NCBI GenBank assembly: GCA_965221195.1
Contig: OZ244864.1
Coordinates: forward strand, 2,006,219-2,070,218
Length of the DNA stretch: 64,000 bases
Source of the DNA: Candidatus Poriferisodalis sp.
Lineage (GTDB): Bacteria; Actinomycetota; Acidimicrobiia; Acidimicrobiales; Poriferisodalaceae
Reading direction: 5' to 3'
This document shows, piece after piece, positions 18,050 through 28,300 of the stretch. The notes under the pieces were generated by a model. That model made no database searches, was not told the DNA's origin, and worked only from the letters and a program-made list of their open reading frames with translations. How positions within the stretch are numbered: the stretch's first letter is position 1; every line of letters starts with the position of its first letter. The position numbers and the translations under genes were made by a program.

Positions 18050-18267
18050 ACAAGCGCGAGGCTGTGCCAAACGGCTACCGTTGGTTCGATCAATGGAACG
18101 ACAACACGATCTTTGAGCGCAGCGACTGGCTCGCTGAGCAGATCTGCACAATCTGGAAACGCACAGACTGAACTCAGCTAGCAGCCCGCCGACATCTTGC
18201 GGCACAGCCCGAACCGGCATGTCTAATTCGGCTTCGCACTGTCACAGCCTTGCTCTACTCTTGAGGC

Positions 18268-19014
18268 ATGGCCGATAAGTCAGCCATCGAGTGGACCGAA
18301 GCGACATGGAACCCGACCACGGGCTGCGATCGCACCTCGCCGGGCTGTGACAACTGCTATGCGCTCGCTCTGTCGAAGCGGTTGAAGGCGATGGGTTCGC
18401 CCAAGTACCAGAACGACGGCGACCTAGCGACGAGCGGGCCGGGCTTCAGGCTGACCCTCCATCCTTCGTCGCTTGACGTGCCGAAGCGATGGAATGCTCC
18501 CCGCCTTGTCTTTGTGAACTCAATGAGCGACCTTTTTCACGAGGACGTGCCTGTCGAGTTCATCGCGCAGGTCTTCGCCGTGATCCGCCAGACACCTCAG
18601 CACACCTACCAAGTGCTCACCAAGCGGGCGCAGCGCTTGAGCCGAATCGCCGGCGATCTGGACTGGCCGTCGAATCTGTGGATGGGCGTGAGCGTGGAGA
18701 CTCGCCGATACGCGTTCCGCGTCAATCATTTGCGCAAAGTGCCCGCTGCTGTCAGATTCGTCAGTGCCGAGCCGTTGCTCGGCCCGCTGGGCGACCTGAA
18801 TCTCGACGGTATCCACTGGGTGATTGCGGGCGGCGAGTCCGGCATCAACGCACGGCCCATGGAACTTGACTGGGCCACAGAACTCCGCGACACCTGCACC
18901 TCCGCCGGCGTGTCGTTCTTCTTCAAACAGTGGGGCGGTAGGACACCCAAGGCCGGTGGGCGCGAACTCGAAGGTGAGTACTGGGACGAGGTGCCGCTCA
19001 GGTTGGCGAGCTAG
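18268..19014 (+). CDS. DUF5131 (phage Gp37/Gp68-like) three-Cys-motif protein
   Basis: MADKSAIEWTEATWNPTTGCDRTSPGCDNCYA is the characteristic N-terminus of this family (recalled). 248 aa. Confidence 0.8.
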   Translation: MADKSAIEWTEATWNPTTGCDRTSPGCDNCYALALSKRLKAMGSPKYQNDGDLATSGPGFRLTLHPSSLDVPKRWNAPRLVFVNSMSDLFHEDVPVEFIAQVFAVIRQTPQHTYQVLTKRAQRLSRIAGDLDWPSNLWMGVSVETRRYAFRVNHLRKVPAAVRFVSAEPLLGPLGDLNLDGIHWVIAGGESGINARPMELDWATELRDTCTSAGVSFFFKQWGGRTPKAGGRELEGEYWDEVPLRLAS

Positions 19015-19018
19015 GCCT

Positions 19019-20095
19019 GTGGCGGTTCCAACCGGAATTCTCTGGGAGCGCGATTCCCACACCGCTGCGAAGCACACACTGCTGCGCCGCTACTTGGAAG
19101 CTTGGTTTCCGATCATGGCCAAGCAGTTCATACACGAGGGAATCACCTTCCTTGACGGCTTTGCCGGGCCCGGCGAGTACACGAACGACCACGAGAGTTC
19201 GCCCACGATCGCCATGAACCAAGCGATGCGAGATGGGGTGACGCGATGGGGCACCCGAACACGGCTCGTGTTCATCGAGGCCCACGCCAAGCGCGCCGAG
19301 CATCTGCGAGAGCATCTCGATGCACGCTTTCCGCCGTCGATCAGGCCGCCCGGTCTGGTTGCCCAAGTGCATCCTGGCGAGTGCGCTGCTGTCTATGAAC
19401 GGGCCATCGCTGACATCGACGGTTGGACGGGTCCAGTGTTTGCGAACCTCGACGGCTGGGGTGCCGACACCGACTACGAGATCGTGCAGCGCATCGCGGC
19501 CCACCCGTCTTCGGAGGTGCCTGTCACCTTTCAGGATCAGTTCTTCGTCCGTTTCGCCGACGGCGACCAAGAAGCGGGCGAGCGTGTGTTCGGACATGCC
19601 GACTGGCGAAGTGTCGGCGGGTTGCCCACCGCTGAGAAAAAGCCGTTCCTGCTCAACCAGTACCGAAGCGGCCTCCATGCCGCGGGCTTCGACTATGTGC
19701 TGATCTTCGAGATGATCGATGAAGGTGGACACTCCCTGCATCAGTTCTTCGGTACCAAGAGCGATGTCGCCGTTGGCAAGTTCAAGGACGGGCTGTGGGA
19801 AGTCGACGGCATATCTGGCCAGAGCTTCCGAGATCCACGAGACCCCGATCAGATGGCTTTCGACTTTCTCGAGCCGGACTTCACAAGATTGGACGATCAG
19901 ATATTGAAGCTGCTGGACGACGGCGACCGCAGCATGGCCGATCTCTGCCGCCATTCCCTGCTTGAGACGATCTACAAGGAGACTCACGTCAAGCCGAGAG
20001 TTGACGCGCTTGTAACCAAAGGGAAGCTAGAGCAAGTCAGCGCAAGTCAGTCATACGAAAAACGCGTCTTTCGTCGAGCGCAGCAGTTGTTCTGA
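19019..20095 (+). CDS. TcmP-like partner protein of the three-Cys-motif protein
   Basis: In-frame GTG at 19019, 5 nt after the upstream stop. ILWERDSHTAAKHTLLRRYLEAWFPIM...FLDGFAGPGEY matches my memory of the three-Cys-motif partner family. The track ORF start at 18824 overlaps the upstream gene and is unlikely. Confidence 0.65.
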   Translation: MAVPTGILWERDSHTAAKHTLLRRYLEAWFPIMAKQFIHEGITFLDGFAGPGEYTNDHESSPTIAMNQAMRDGVTRWGTRTRLVFIEAHAKRAEHLREHLDARFPPSIRPPGLVAQVHPGECAAVYERAIADIDGWTGPVFANLDGWGADTDYEIVQRIAAHPSSEVPVTFQDQFFVRFADGDQEAGERVFGHADWRSVGGLPTAEKKPFLLNQYRSGLHAAGFDYVLIFEMIDEGGHSLHQFFGTKSDVAVGKFKDGLWEVDGISGQSFRDPRDPDQMAFDFLEPDFTRLDDQILKLLDDGDRSMADLCRHSLLETIYKETHVKPRVDALVTKGKLEQVSASQSYEKRVFRRAQQLF

Positions 20096-20157
20096 TCTGA
20101 TATCCACAGGCCAGTGGCAGGCAACACCGCCGTCGCGACGGGTTGCTGGCTTTGGGT

Positions 20158-21729
20158 TTAGCTGAACGTGACGTCTACTTCGTTGTTGAGTTCGTTGATC
20201 ATGTTGTCCCACAGTCGGGGTAGGCCACGCAGCGAATCCCAAAAGGCTTGATCGCGGCGGGCATCAAAATCTTCTAACGAAACTCCCTGCTGCTCAACCC
20301 AGGTGTAGTAACCGAGATTGAATATTCGGTCACGACCCCGGTCGGTGAGCACCTCAATGTGGGGTGCGTCTTTGCTGCGCGTTTCGGGTGCTAAGTAGCG
20401 TTTGATGGTGGCGCGGGCGGCGCTGGCACCGAAGTTGCCGCCATGACGTTGTGCGAGGTGCCGTTCCCGCTCAGAGAAATACATCTCAAACCCATCCGTT
20501 GCTACGGTCATCACCACATCATCGGCGCCTAGGCCTAGTTCGTTGGCTGCCCGAGCGGCCGCCAGTGTGTTGCAGATAGCCGAGTAGCCGAAATGCCCCA
20601 AGTGGTCAAGCACCCACGACGACGCCCCCAAATGCTCACGGAGTGCCTCACGTCCGGCTTCGGTGTTGAACACTAAGCCCAGCCCGTCGGTTGCCCGGTC
20701 GCTCACGCCCACAACCACATCGGTGTTCATCACGTTGTGAATGAGCGGGACGTGCTTGTCGCCGATGCCTTGAATGTTGTGCTCGCCGTAGCCGTTGTAG
20801 AGCATGGTCGGACACTCCAGCGCTTCAACGGCCACGATCTGCGCGCCATGAGCATCTTTGAGCCGATCACCGGCACCGAGCGTCCCCGCCGAGCCGCTAG
20901 CCGCCACAAACGCAGCAAGGTTCAGATCGCAGCCATCCGCCGATGCTTCTTGCAGGTGCTCAAACACCGCCAAGAGCGCAGCGCCTGTCACTTCGTAGTG
21001 GCCGATGTGATTGGAGAACTCTTTGAACTGATTCAAGATGAAGTTCGTCTGGTCGCGCTCAAGCTCAGCGCAGGCGTCGTAGATCTCTTTGACGTTGCTC
21101 TCTGAGCCGGGCGTACGGATGACATCGGCAGGGTCGGCGATCCACCGCTCCAACCACTCAAAGCGTTCACGGCTCATGTTTTCGGGCAGCACGGCGACCC
21201 CGCGGCAGCCCATGATTCGACTGATAGCCACACCACCGCGGGCGTAGTTGCCCGTCGATGGCCACACTGCCCGATGACGGACAGGATCAAACTGCCCAGA
21301 AACAACCCGCGGTGCCAAGCACGAGTAAGCAGCGAGCACCTTGTGGGCACCGATCATCGGGAACCGGTTGCCGAACAGCACCACGATCTGTGCGGGTGTG
21401 CCGGTCATCTCGCTGGGCAGCACGACATGGTGAGGGACATCTGTGCGCCCACCCGAGCCGTCATTGAACCAATGCACCCGAAACAGGTTGAGTGGATCGG
21501 CGGAATCGGGGTCGACCGTGGCCAGCGCTTTGCTGATGCTGGGCTCGATCAGCGAAGGGTCGGCCAGTTCGGCGAAGGTCGGCAGCCGGATGCCTTGCGT
21601 ACCGAAGCGTTCGACGACATGAGCGCGTCCGTTTGCATCGGTGACCTCGGTGGCGAGCTGTGCGGCGTAGCCGACGGGGAACGACCCGACCCCGTTGGGC
21701 GTCGCATGGGCGGATATGTGGTTGGTCAT
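20158..21729 (-). CDS. PLP-dependent enzyme, tryptophan-synthase-beta-like (PALP) fold
   Basis: 523 aa with a candidate PLP lysine in [15 protein letters not shown] and a Gly-rich loop ([11 protein letters not shown]). Confidence 0.75.
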   Translation of the reverse strand: MTNHISAHATPNGVGSFPVGYAAQLATEVTDANGRAHVVERFGTQGIRLPTFAELADPSLIEPSISKALATVDPDSADPLNLFRVHWFNDGSGGRTDVPHHVVLPSEMTGTPAQIVVLFGNRFPMIGAHKVLAAYSCLAPRVVSGQFDPVRHRAVWPSTGNYARGGVAISRIMGCRGVAVLPENMSRERFEWLERWIADPADVIRTPGSESNVKEIYDACAELERDQTNFILNQFKEFSNHIGHYEVTGAALLAVFEHLQEASADGCDLNLAAFVAASGSAGTLGAGDRLKDAHGAQIVAVEALECPTMLYNGYGEHNIQGIGDKHVPLIHNVMNTDVVVGVSDRATDGLGLVFNTEAGREALREHLGASSWVLDHLGHFGYSAICNTLAAARAANELGLGADDVVMTVATDGFEMYFSERERHLAQRHGGNFGASAARATIKRYLAPETRSKDAPHIEVLTDRGRDRIFNLGYYTWVEQQGVSLEDFDARRDQAFWDSLRGLPRLWDNMINELNNEVDVTFS

Positions 21730-21821
21730 CGTTAACTGAGGCTAGGTTCCGCGGGCAGCAACCGATGTGCGCGCAGCACAATTTGGCGAGCGACAGGAGG
21801 CCCAACAATGGCAGCACAACG

Positions 21822-22883
21822 ATGACTACACCCACTGCACCCAAGACAACAGCGGAAGCGACGGCGACACCGACGACACCTGCAACAACAGAGCGTGTCG
21901 CGCTGTACCTGCAAGATGCCCACCCCATCACCGAGGCCATGGGTTACGCGCAGTACGCCGAGGAACGCGGCTTTGAAGCTGTCTGGCAGGCCGATTCGCG
22001 GCTGGTGCGCGAGGCCAGCGTTCCCATGGCAGCGTTCGCGGCGACCACATCTCGCATCAAAGTGGGCGCTGGCGTGATCGACATTTGGTCGCGTAACGCC
22101 GCCCGGCTGGCCTCGATGTTCTCAACACTGGACGACCTAGCACCCGGCCGGATCATCTGCGGGCTGGGCGCGTGGTGGGATCCGCTCGCTGCCAAAGTGG
22201 GCATCAGCCGAGCCCGGCCACTCGGCGCGATGCGGGAAGTGACCTCCGTGGTGCGGGCGCTTTTGGCCAATGAGAACGTGACCTTCCACGGCGACCATGT
22301 CCACCTTGACGACGTCGAACTCGACTACGTGTATCAGCCGAGACGGCCCAAGGATGTGCCTATCTACATCGGCGCTACCGGCATGAAGATGATGGAACTG
22401 ACCGGCGAGATCGCCGACGGGGTCGTGCTGAACTACCTAGTGTCGCCCGACTACAACAGCCGAGCCTTAGACGCATTGGAACGGGGAGCGGCCGCAGCAG
22501 GGCGCAGCGTGGACGACGTGGACCGACCACAGCTCGTGGTTTGCTCGGTACACGAAGACCGCGCCACCGCTTTGGACATGGCCCGCAACATGGTCACCCA
22601 GTACCTCGGACAGCAGCCCCACATTATGAAAGCCTCCGGCGTGCCCGATTCTCTGCTCGAAGAGGTGGGCAAAGTGCTCACCTGGCCGGCGACCGCTGCT
22701 CAGGTTGAAGCTGCCTCACGGTTGGTGCCCGACGACATCGTGCAGATGCTCACCGCATCAGGCACCCCAGCAGAGGCCCGCGAAGCCGTCAACGGCTACC
22801 GGGCAAACGGGGCCACCTGCCCGATCTTGTACCCGCTAGGCGACGTGGAGGCCATGATCGATGCTTTCGCTGTCACCGCGTGA
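21822..22883 (+). CDS. LLM-class (luciferase-like) F420/flavin-dependent oxidoreductase
   Basis: In-frame ATG at 21822. [24 protein letters not shown] and [25 protein letters not shown] are typical LLM segments. Confidence 0.8.
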   Translation: MTTPTAPKTTAEATATPTTPATTERVALYLQDAHPITEAMGYAQYAEERGFEAVWQADSRLVREASVPMAAFAATTSRIKVGAGVIDIWSRNAARLASMFSTLDDLAPGRIICGLGAWWDPLAAKVGISRARPLGAMREVTSVVRALLANENVTFHGDHVHLDDVELDYVYQPRRPKDVPIYIGATGMKMMELTGEIADGVVLNYLVSPDYNSRALDALERGAAAAGRSVDDVDRPQLVVCSVHEDRATALDMARNMVTQYLGQQPHIMKASGVPDSLLEEVGKVLTWPATAAQVEAASRLVPDDIVQMLTASGTPAEAREAVNGYRANGATCPILYPLGDVEAMIDAFAVTA

Positions 22884-23130
22884 AGCGCCGACGGCCCACA
22901 CATCCCCCGACCCCATCGGGTGTGCAGCCCACGCAGTCAGCCCAGTTCACGCAGTCAGCCCAACCCACGCAGTCAGCCCAACCAAATCTGCTAATGATGT
23001 TGCCTAACAGCAAGTCTCAGTTAATTCAGTTGCTTTTACGTATGCTCATCTGCTGGTCTGTCCGCATGACATCACACCGACAATTTTCCCGTATAGTTCC
23101 CTATACAACACCGACGATCGGAACCAGCAG

Positions 23131-23607
23131 ATGACCCCCGCAGACGCTTCGCTGATCGCGGCAGCCATTCCGAGGCCCGTTGTCTATGGGTGGGCGGCAG
23201 TCGTCTTAGCCTTCTGCGTCGTACATGAAATCCGGACGCGACGTCGCTTTCGTCGGTTCGTCGCCCAGACCGAGGCCAAACTGCGGGACCTTGAACGTCG
23301 CACTGATGAGTCCGAAGCAAGAGTTGAAGCCGAGATAGCACGGATGCGCGCCGAGGTAGATGCCTACGGCGCGTGGAGCGACGCAAACGACCGCTTCTTT
23401 CATCACGGTCTTGTGGCTGTCTCGCATCTGCTCGGAGCGCGCGCACTGCCGGAGCGTCGTGCTTGTGCCACTGTGCGGTCAGCCACAAAGCAGCGACGCT
23501 CATCTGAGGCCCCAACATGGCGGCCTGTCGCTGGCCACGAAGAAGGCAGTTCTCCCCCGTCGGGCAGTTCTCCCCCGCCGTGGCCGCGCCGTCGTTCATG
23601 CCATTGA
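23131..23607 (+). CDS. hypothetical membrane-anchored coiled-coil protein
   Basis: One TM helix (VVYGWAAVVLAFCVV) is followed by a charged helix (AQTEAKLRDLERRTDESEARVEAEIARMRAEV), with an AT-rich promoter-like stretch upstream. The C-terminal third is low complexity, so the stop is uncertain. Confidence 0.3.
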   Translation: MTPADASLIAAAIPRPVVYGWAAVVLAFCVVHEIRTRRRFRRFVAQTEAKLRDLERRTDESEARVEAEIARMRAEVDAYGAWSDANDRFFHHGLVAVSHLLGARALPERRACATVRSATKQRRSSEAPTWRPVAGHEEGSSPPSGSSPPPWPRRRSCH

Positions 23608-23630
23608 GTACACCGACGGCTAGCACACCG

Positions 23631-23660
23631 GTGACTGGCCAGTCACCGACTGGCCAGTCG
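23631..23660. terminator. two adjacent GC-rich palindromes between convergent genes
   Basis: gtgactggccagtcac (23631-23646) and cgactggccagtcg (23647-23660) are perfect palindromes. There is no T-tract, so a terminator function is only a guess. Confidence 0.3.
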
Positions 23661-23668
23661 TTGGCCGG

Positions 23669-24352
23669 TCAGTCGGCAGCTACTGGCGGTGTGGTTTCGC
23701 TCAGGTGGTCCCACACCACTTGGTCAGGCAGGTTCATCACCGCTTCATAACGCTCGGCGGGCATCAGTTTGGGCATGCCCGTTTCTGCACCTGGCTGCGG
23801 TACCGACTCGGCTGGGCGCTCATAGACGGCAGGGCGCTTCAGACGTTCCAGTTCGGTGTCTGATATTTCGCACAGACCTTGCACTTCTGGGTCTACCCAC
23901 TGCTCTGCGGGAATGGCCGACCCGCACGCCACCTCCAGCGCAAGCCCTTCGGGTCCGGCGAAGTAGATCGACTGAACAAAACCGTGGTCTATGGGGCCAA
24001 GCACCTGCACACCTCGGTCTCGGATGCGGTCACGCATCGCCAGCAAGTCCTCAAGCGTGTCTACGTTGAAAGCCACATGCTGCATGGTTCCTGCAGTGAC
24101 CGGACCTGCGGCACCGCCTGCGTGAGTGATGCCGATCTCGATGTCTTTGGCGTTGTCGGGGTGCTGGACGAACGCCACGTAGCTGTCGGGCGCAAGTTCA
24201 ACGAAACCGTGGTACGTGCCTTCCACGCCGTGCATCCAGTACAGGGCCTTCAGCGGCAGCCCCAGCACATCGCACCAGAACTCCAGCTGACCCTTCATGT
24301 CACGCGTTGAGAGGGCGAGATGGTTCACGCCGTTGGGATGTAATGCAGTCAT
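23669..24352 (-). CDS. VOC-family (glyoxalase/bleomycin resistance/extradiol dioxygenase) protein
   Basis: Start at the ATG at 24352 with AAGGGAG upstream. MTALHPNGVNHLALSTRDMKGQLEFW and a second half (MQHVAFNVDTLEDL) show tandem VOC modules. Confidence 0.8.
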   Translation of the reverse strand: MTALHPNGVNHLALSTRDMKGQLEFWCDVLGLPLKALYWMHGVEGTYHGFVELAPDSYVAFVQHPDNAKDIEIGITHAGGAAGPVTAGTMQHVAFNVDTLEDLLAMRDRIRDRGVQVLGPIDHGFVQSIYFAGPEGLALEVACGSAIPAEQWVDPEVQGLCEISDTELERLKRPAVYERPAESVPQPGAETGMPKLMPAERYEAVMNLPDQVVWDHLSETTPPVAAD

Positions 24353-24561
24353 TGCGAGACGCTCCCTTGTTGGTGGTGGTATGTGCTGGTTCTTTGACGA
24401 CTGTACGTCTTGAGGCCACACCGCGAAGCCATATCGTGGAGCTGCATCGTGAAGCCAGTCAGAACCTGCCGCGGGTGCCTGATAGATATTGAGTCCATCT
24501 GTTCTTGGTCTGTTCTTGGTTTGCTTGCCCTTTGATGGGGGCCACGGAGGTGTTCTCAGCT

Positions 24562-25176
24562 ATGCGTTGGCACAAGCTCTCGTCCGCACTTGTTGTAGCG
24601 GCGGTTGTGGTGGCTGGCTGCGGAGATGCCGATCCCGACCTGACAGCGGCGACAGTTCCCGCTGGCGCGCCTGCTACTTCGGTTCACATTCACGAAGACG
24701 GCGAAGTTTATGTTCACACAGCCGACGAGAAGTCAGACCACGAAGACCACGAAGGCCACGACACAGATCACGACGGCCACACCGATCACGAGATGGGTGC
24801 CATGTCTGCTGGCACTCATGAGGGCCACGACCACAGCGCGACTCGCGAAGCAGCCGACGGGCTGCCGGTGCCTGCCATCTCAGTAGAGGTCCTTGCCGAT
24901 CCGATGAGCGGATGGAACCTGCGCACGGTGGTAGAGAATTTCCGTCTTGCGCCTGAGAATGTTTCCACTGACCACGTTGACGGCGAGGGGCACATGCATC
25001 TCTACATCGATGGAGTGAAGATCAGCCGTCTCTACGGAATGTGGTACCACTTGGGTCAGCTTGAACCTGGAGAGCGCGAGATCCGCGTTGAGTTGTCGGC
25101 CAACGACCACGCAGCCATGACCTACGAGGGCAACATCATCGACGACACGGTCATCGTCACCGTGCCCGCCTCTTGA
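24562..25176 (+). CDS. His-rich secreted lipoprotein, probable metal-binding
   Basis: ATG at 24562 after ACGGAGG. Signal peptide with lipobox VVAGC. His/Asp-rich stretch HEDGEVYVHTADEKSDHEDHEGHDTDHDGHTDHE. The C-terminal domain contains GEGHMHLYIDG. Confidence 0.7.
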   Translation: MRWHKLSSALVVAAVVVAGCGDADPDLTAATVPAGAPATSVHIHEDGEVYVHTADEKSDHEDHEGHDTDHDGHTDHEMGAMSAGTHEGHDHSATREAADGLPVPAISVEVLADPMSGWNLRTVVENFRLAPENVSTDHVDGEGHMHLYIDGVKISRLYGMWYHLGQLEPGEREIRVELSANDHAAMTYEGNIIDDTVIVTVPAS

Positions 25177-25208
25177 CCCAACCCGTACTAGGTGCCACAG
25201 CACCGCCG

Positions 25209-25218
25209 CCCCCCCCCC
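25209..25218. repeat. homopolymer C10 upstream of the type ISP-like gene
   Basis: Counted directly. It lies 27 nt upstream of the ATG at 25245. Confidence 0.9.
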
Positions 25219-25354
25219 ACACACCCAAAACCCAGAAATCTCAGATGAACGAAACAGCCCCACAACAGTTAGAGACCGCCGCTGGCGAGGTCACTGACGA
25301 AACCGCTGGCGGGGTCACGGTTATTGCGTCTGCGACGCGCGGCATGCGTCGTGA

Positions 25355-28300
25355 AGACATCGACTTGGCATCGTTGAATCTCCCCTTCGCCGACCCCCCA
25401 GATTTAGCCCCCCCCCCCCCCCCAGAGACTTAGCTTCTGAACCAGACGTCGAGAGCCTCGTCACGGTCGGTGAGGTCATTGAGCGCATTCGAACCACCAG
25501 CCGTGACGAACACGAAAAGGGGCGATGGTTTGAGGAACTTGTCAAGATCGTCTTCCTCAACAGCCCTACCTACGAGATTGAAGAGATTGAGCACTGGGGG
25601 CAATGGCGTGACCGCCAGCCACTAACAGGGCTCAGCCGCAAAGACACCGGCATCGATCTTGTCGCGCTCCACCGCAACGGCAGCCGTATCGCTATCCAGT
25701 GCAAGTGCTATGCGCCCACCCAGCGAATCGCCAAGCCTGACATTGATTCGTTTTTGAGCCAATCTCAGGTAACCGACGCGGCTGATCGGCCTGTCTTCGC
25801 GATGCGGTGGATCGTCACAACGTCGCCGTGGACTGATAACGCGGCGGCTCAGGTTGACAGCTTGGACGTAGGAGTTCGCCGGATCGACTTCTGTCAGCAT
25901 GAGTTTGAGAAGATCAGCGAGAAGCTGCAACGGCGGCCGGTGCGTGCGCCTTGGCCGCGTCAAAGCGAAGCCATCAACAAGGTCACCGAGGGGCTGTCGC
26001 ACCACGACCGCGGTCGGATGATCATGGCCTGCGGTACTGGTAAGACGTTCACTGCGTTGCGTATCGCGGAGAGCGTGGTGCCCGACGGCGGACGAATCGC
26101 GTTCGTGGCACCGAGCATCGCATTGGTGGCACAAGCACGCCGCGAGTGGCTGATGCATTCGCGGCGTCCGTTGGAGTGCGTCGTTGTGTGTTCTGATGAA
26201 TCCGCTGGTGGTCGCGCTGAGAGTGCCACAGCGATGCGCATCTGCGAGCTGGAATGTCCGGTGGACAGGTCGCCGGAACGGCTTGGGGCGATGCTTGACC
26301 CCGCCCGCGGCACCGACCTAACACGCGTGGTGTTTTGCACGTACCAGTCGCTACAGCATCTCCACGACGCTCAAAACTGCCATGCAGCCGGAGCGTTCGA
26401 TCTGGTGCTCTGCGACGAAGCGCACCGCACTACCGGGGCTGTGTCGGACGCAACCGGGGCTGCTCGAGAAAGCGGCTTTCAGCGTGTGCATGACAACGAC
26501 TGGCTGCGAGCCCGCAAGAGGCTGTACATGACGGCCACGCCCCGCATCTACACCACCTCTTCTAAGGCAGCGCTGGCAGGGCGCGGTATCGCAACCGTCG
26601 ACATGAGTGACATGCACATCTACGGCCCTGAGCTTGAGCGTTTGTCATTCAAGGAGGCAGTCGAGGGTGACCTGCTGGCCGATTATCGGGTGATTGTGCT
26701 GGGTGTCCATGAGGGAGCGATTCCCGCGGGTATGCGGCAGCGTCTCATTGACTTGGGCGACAAAACCGCCGAGTCGCAGGCCGCGAAGTCGCCATCCTCT
26801 CAGACGGGCTCGAAGCCGTTGGTGGTCACCATCGAAGACTTACAGCGACTGCTAGGCACCACGCTCGCTATCAACGGCATGACATCGGGTAGCGACTTGG
26901 AGGTCCCTGAGCGTTTAGATCGCATCATCGCGTTTGCTAACTCCATCGCGAGATCAAAGTTTTATGCCAAAGGTCTCACCGATTCGCAGTTGCGTGCTCT
27001 CATCACTCGCCGCCGACGCGCAGGCGGCGAAACCGAAGGCGCTACCAAAGTCGAGGCAACTCATCTAGACGGAACAGCGCCTGCCTTTGAACGCAGCGAG
27101 GAGCTACGCAAACTGGAACGAACCCGCACAGACCAGTGCTCGCGCGTGATCTGTAACGCGAAGCTGCTCACCGAAGGCGTGGATGTGCCGTCGCTGGACG
27201 CGGTGGTGTTTATGGAACCGCGTGACAGCCAAGTTGACATCGTGCAGGCCGTCGGGCGGGTTATGCGACGCGCGGAGGGCAAGAAGCTCGGCTACATCGT
27301 GATTCCGGTGCCGGTGCCGCCGGGCGCGGACTTGGCAACTGCACTCGAAACGGGCGGCAGCGGTTACGAATCGGTCGGTCAGGTGCTAAGAGCGTTGCAA
27401 GCTCACGACGGTCGCCTCGCTGAGACTCCTGCCCGTTTCGTCAAGGTTGGCGAGATCAAACCCCCCAAACCCACCCCCAACGGCGACACGGGCGGCGACA
27501 GCGACGTAGTACCCATCGACGATGGCGGGGAGGCCGCTCAGCTCAAGTTAGATCTGCACAAAGCGGGCGCTGCTATCTACGCGCATGTCGTTGCGGCGTC
27601 GGGCTTGGGGTCGGCGGGCAAGCTCGTAGCCGACGATCTCGGCATGGCTGTGGCGTTTGCTGGTGCCCGTTTCGCTGAAGGCAACCTCGCAGCGCCGCTA
27701 GCAGCAGCGCTCGGCGGCCTGACCGTTGACGACACCAACCAGAATGACATCTGCAAAGTCGCCGCGCTGGTGCTCATCAATGCCTGCCTGTTGCACCGGC
27801 GCTTGCGTGAGGTGCCTCGTTTTGGCGACATTGCCGACTTGGCCAGCGTGACTGGTGCTGGCGACCCAGCGGAGATCTTGGCTGCGGGTTGGGAACAGAT
27901 TCTTGACCATGATTATGAGCCGGTGTTTGGACCGGCGCTGTCGGTGCTGCGACAACTCCCACCGAGGCCGTTCGCTACCGAAGCGCTGCGGAGCTTGGCT
28001 GAGTGCGCTAACCGCACCGCCGACTCGCTCAGCGAGATGGGTTACGACCACGCAGGTCCGCTGTATCACCGCATTTTGCCCAACGCAGCCGCCTACGGCG
28101 CCTTTTACACCAAGAACCTGTCGGCGCTCATGCTGGCACGCCTGGCCATCAACCACGACTTCGCCGATTGGTCAGACCCAGAGGCGATTGCTGCTTTGAA
28201 GGTCATGGATCCTGCTTGCGGCACCGGCACGCTGCTGATGGCAGCGCTGCGAGTGCTCAAAGAACGCGTCCGTGAAGCCAGACACCAAACATCAGATACT

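Noticed and set aside
18998-19987. 329-aa minus-strand ORF opposite the TcmP-like gene
   Set aside because: Antisense shadow. The plus frame carries recognisable family motifs and operon logic.
4707-20157. Integrase, transposase or att repeats defining the island as a mobile element
   Set aside because: No recombinase-like ORF was found on either strand, and no tRNA or long terminal direct repeat apart from the 62-nt gene-fragment duplication.
22880-23134. 84-aa ORF with PTQSAQ repeats
   Set aside because: It is generated by the 18-nt intergenic tandem repeat and then runs into AT-rich promoter-like DNA. It has no protein-like features.
25173-25433. 86-aa ORF as an independent gene
   Set aside because: It is Pro-rich because it reads through two poly-C tracts. 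It is better explained as the out-of-frame 5' leader and start of the type ISP-like gene.
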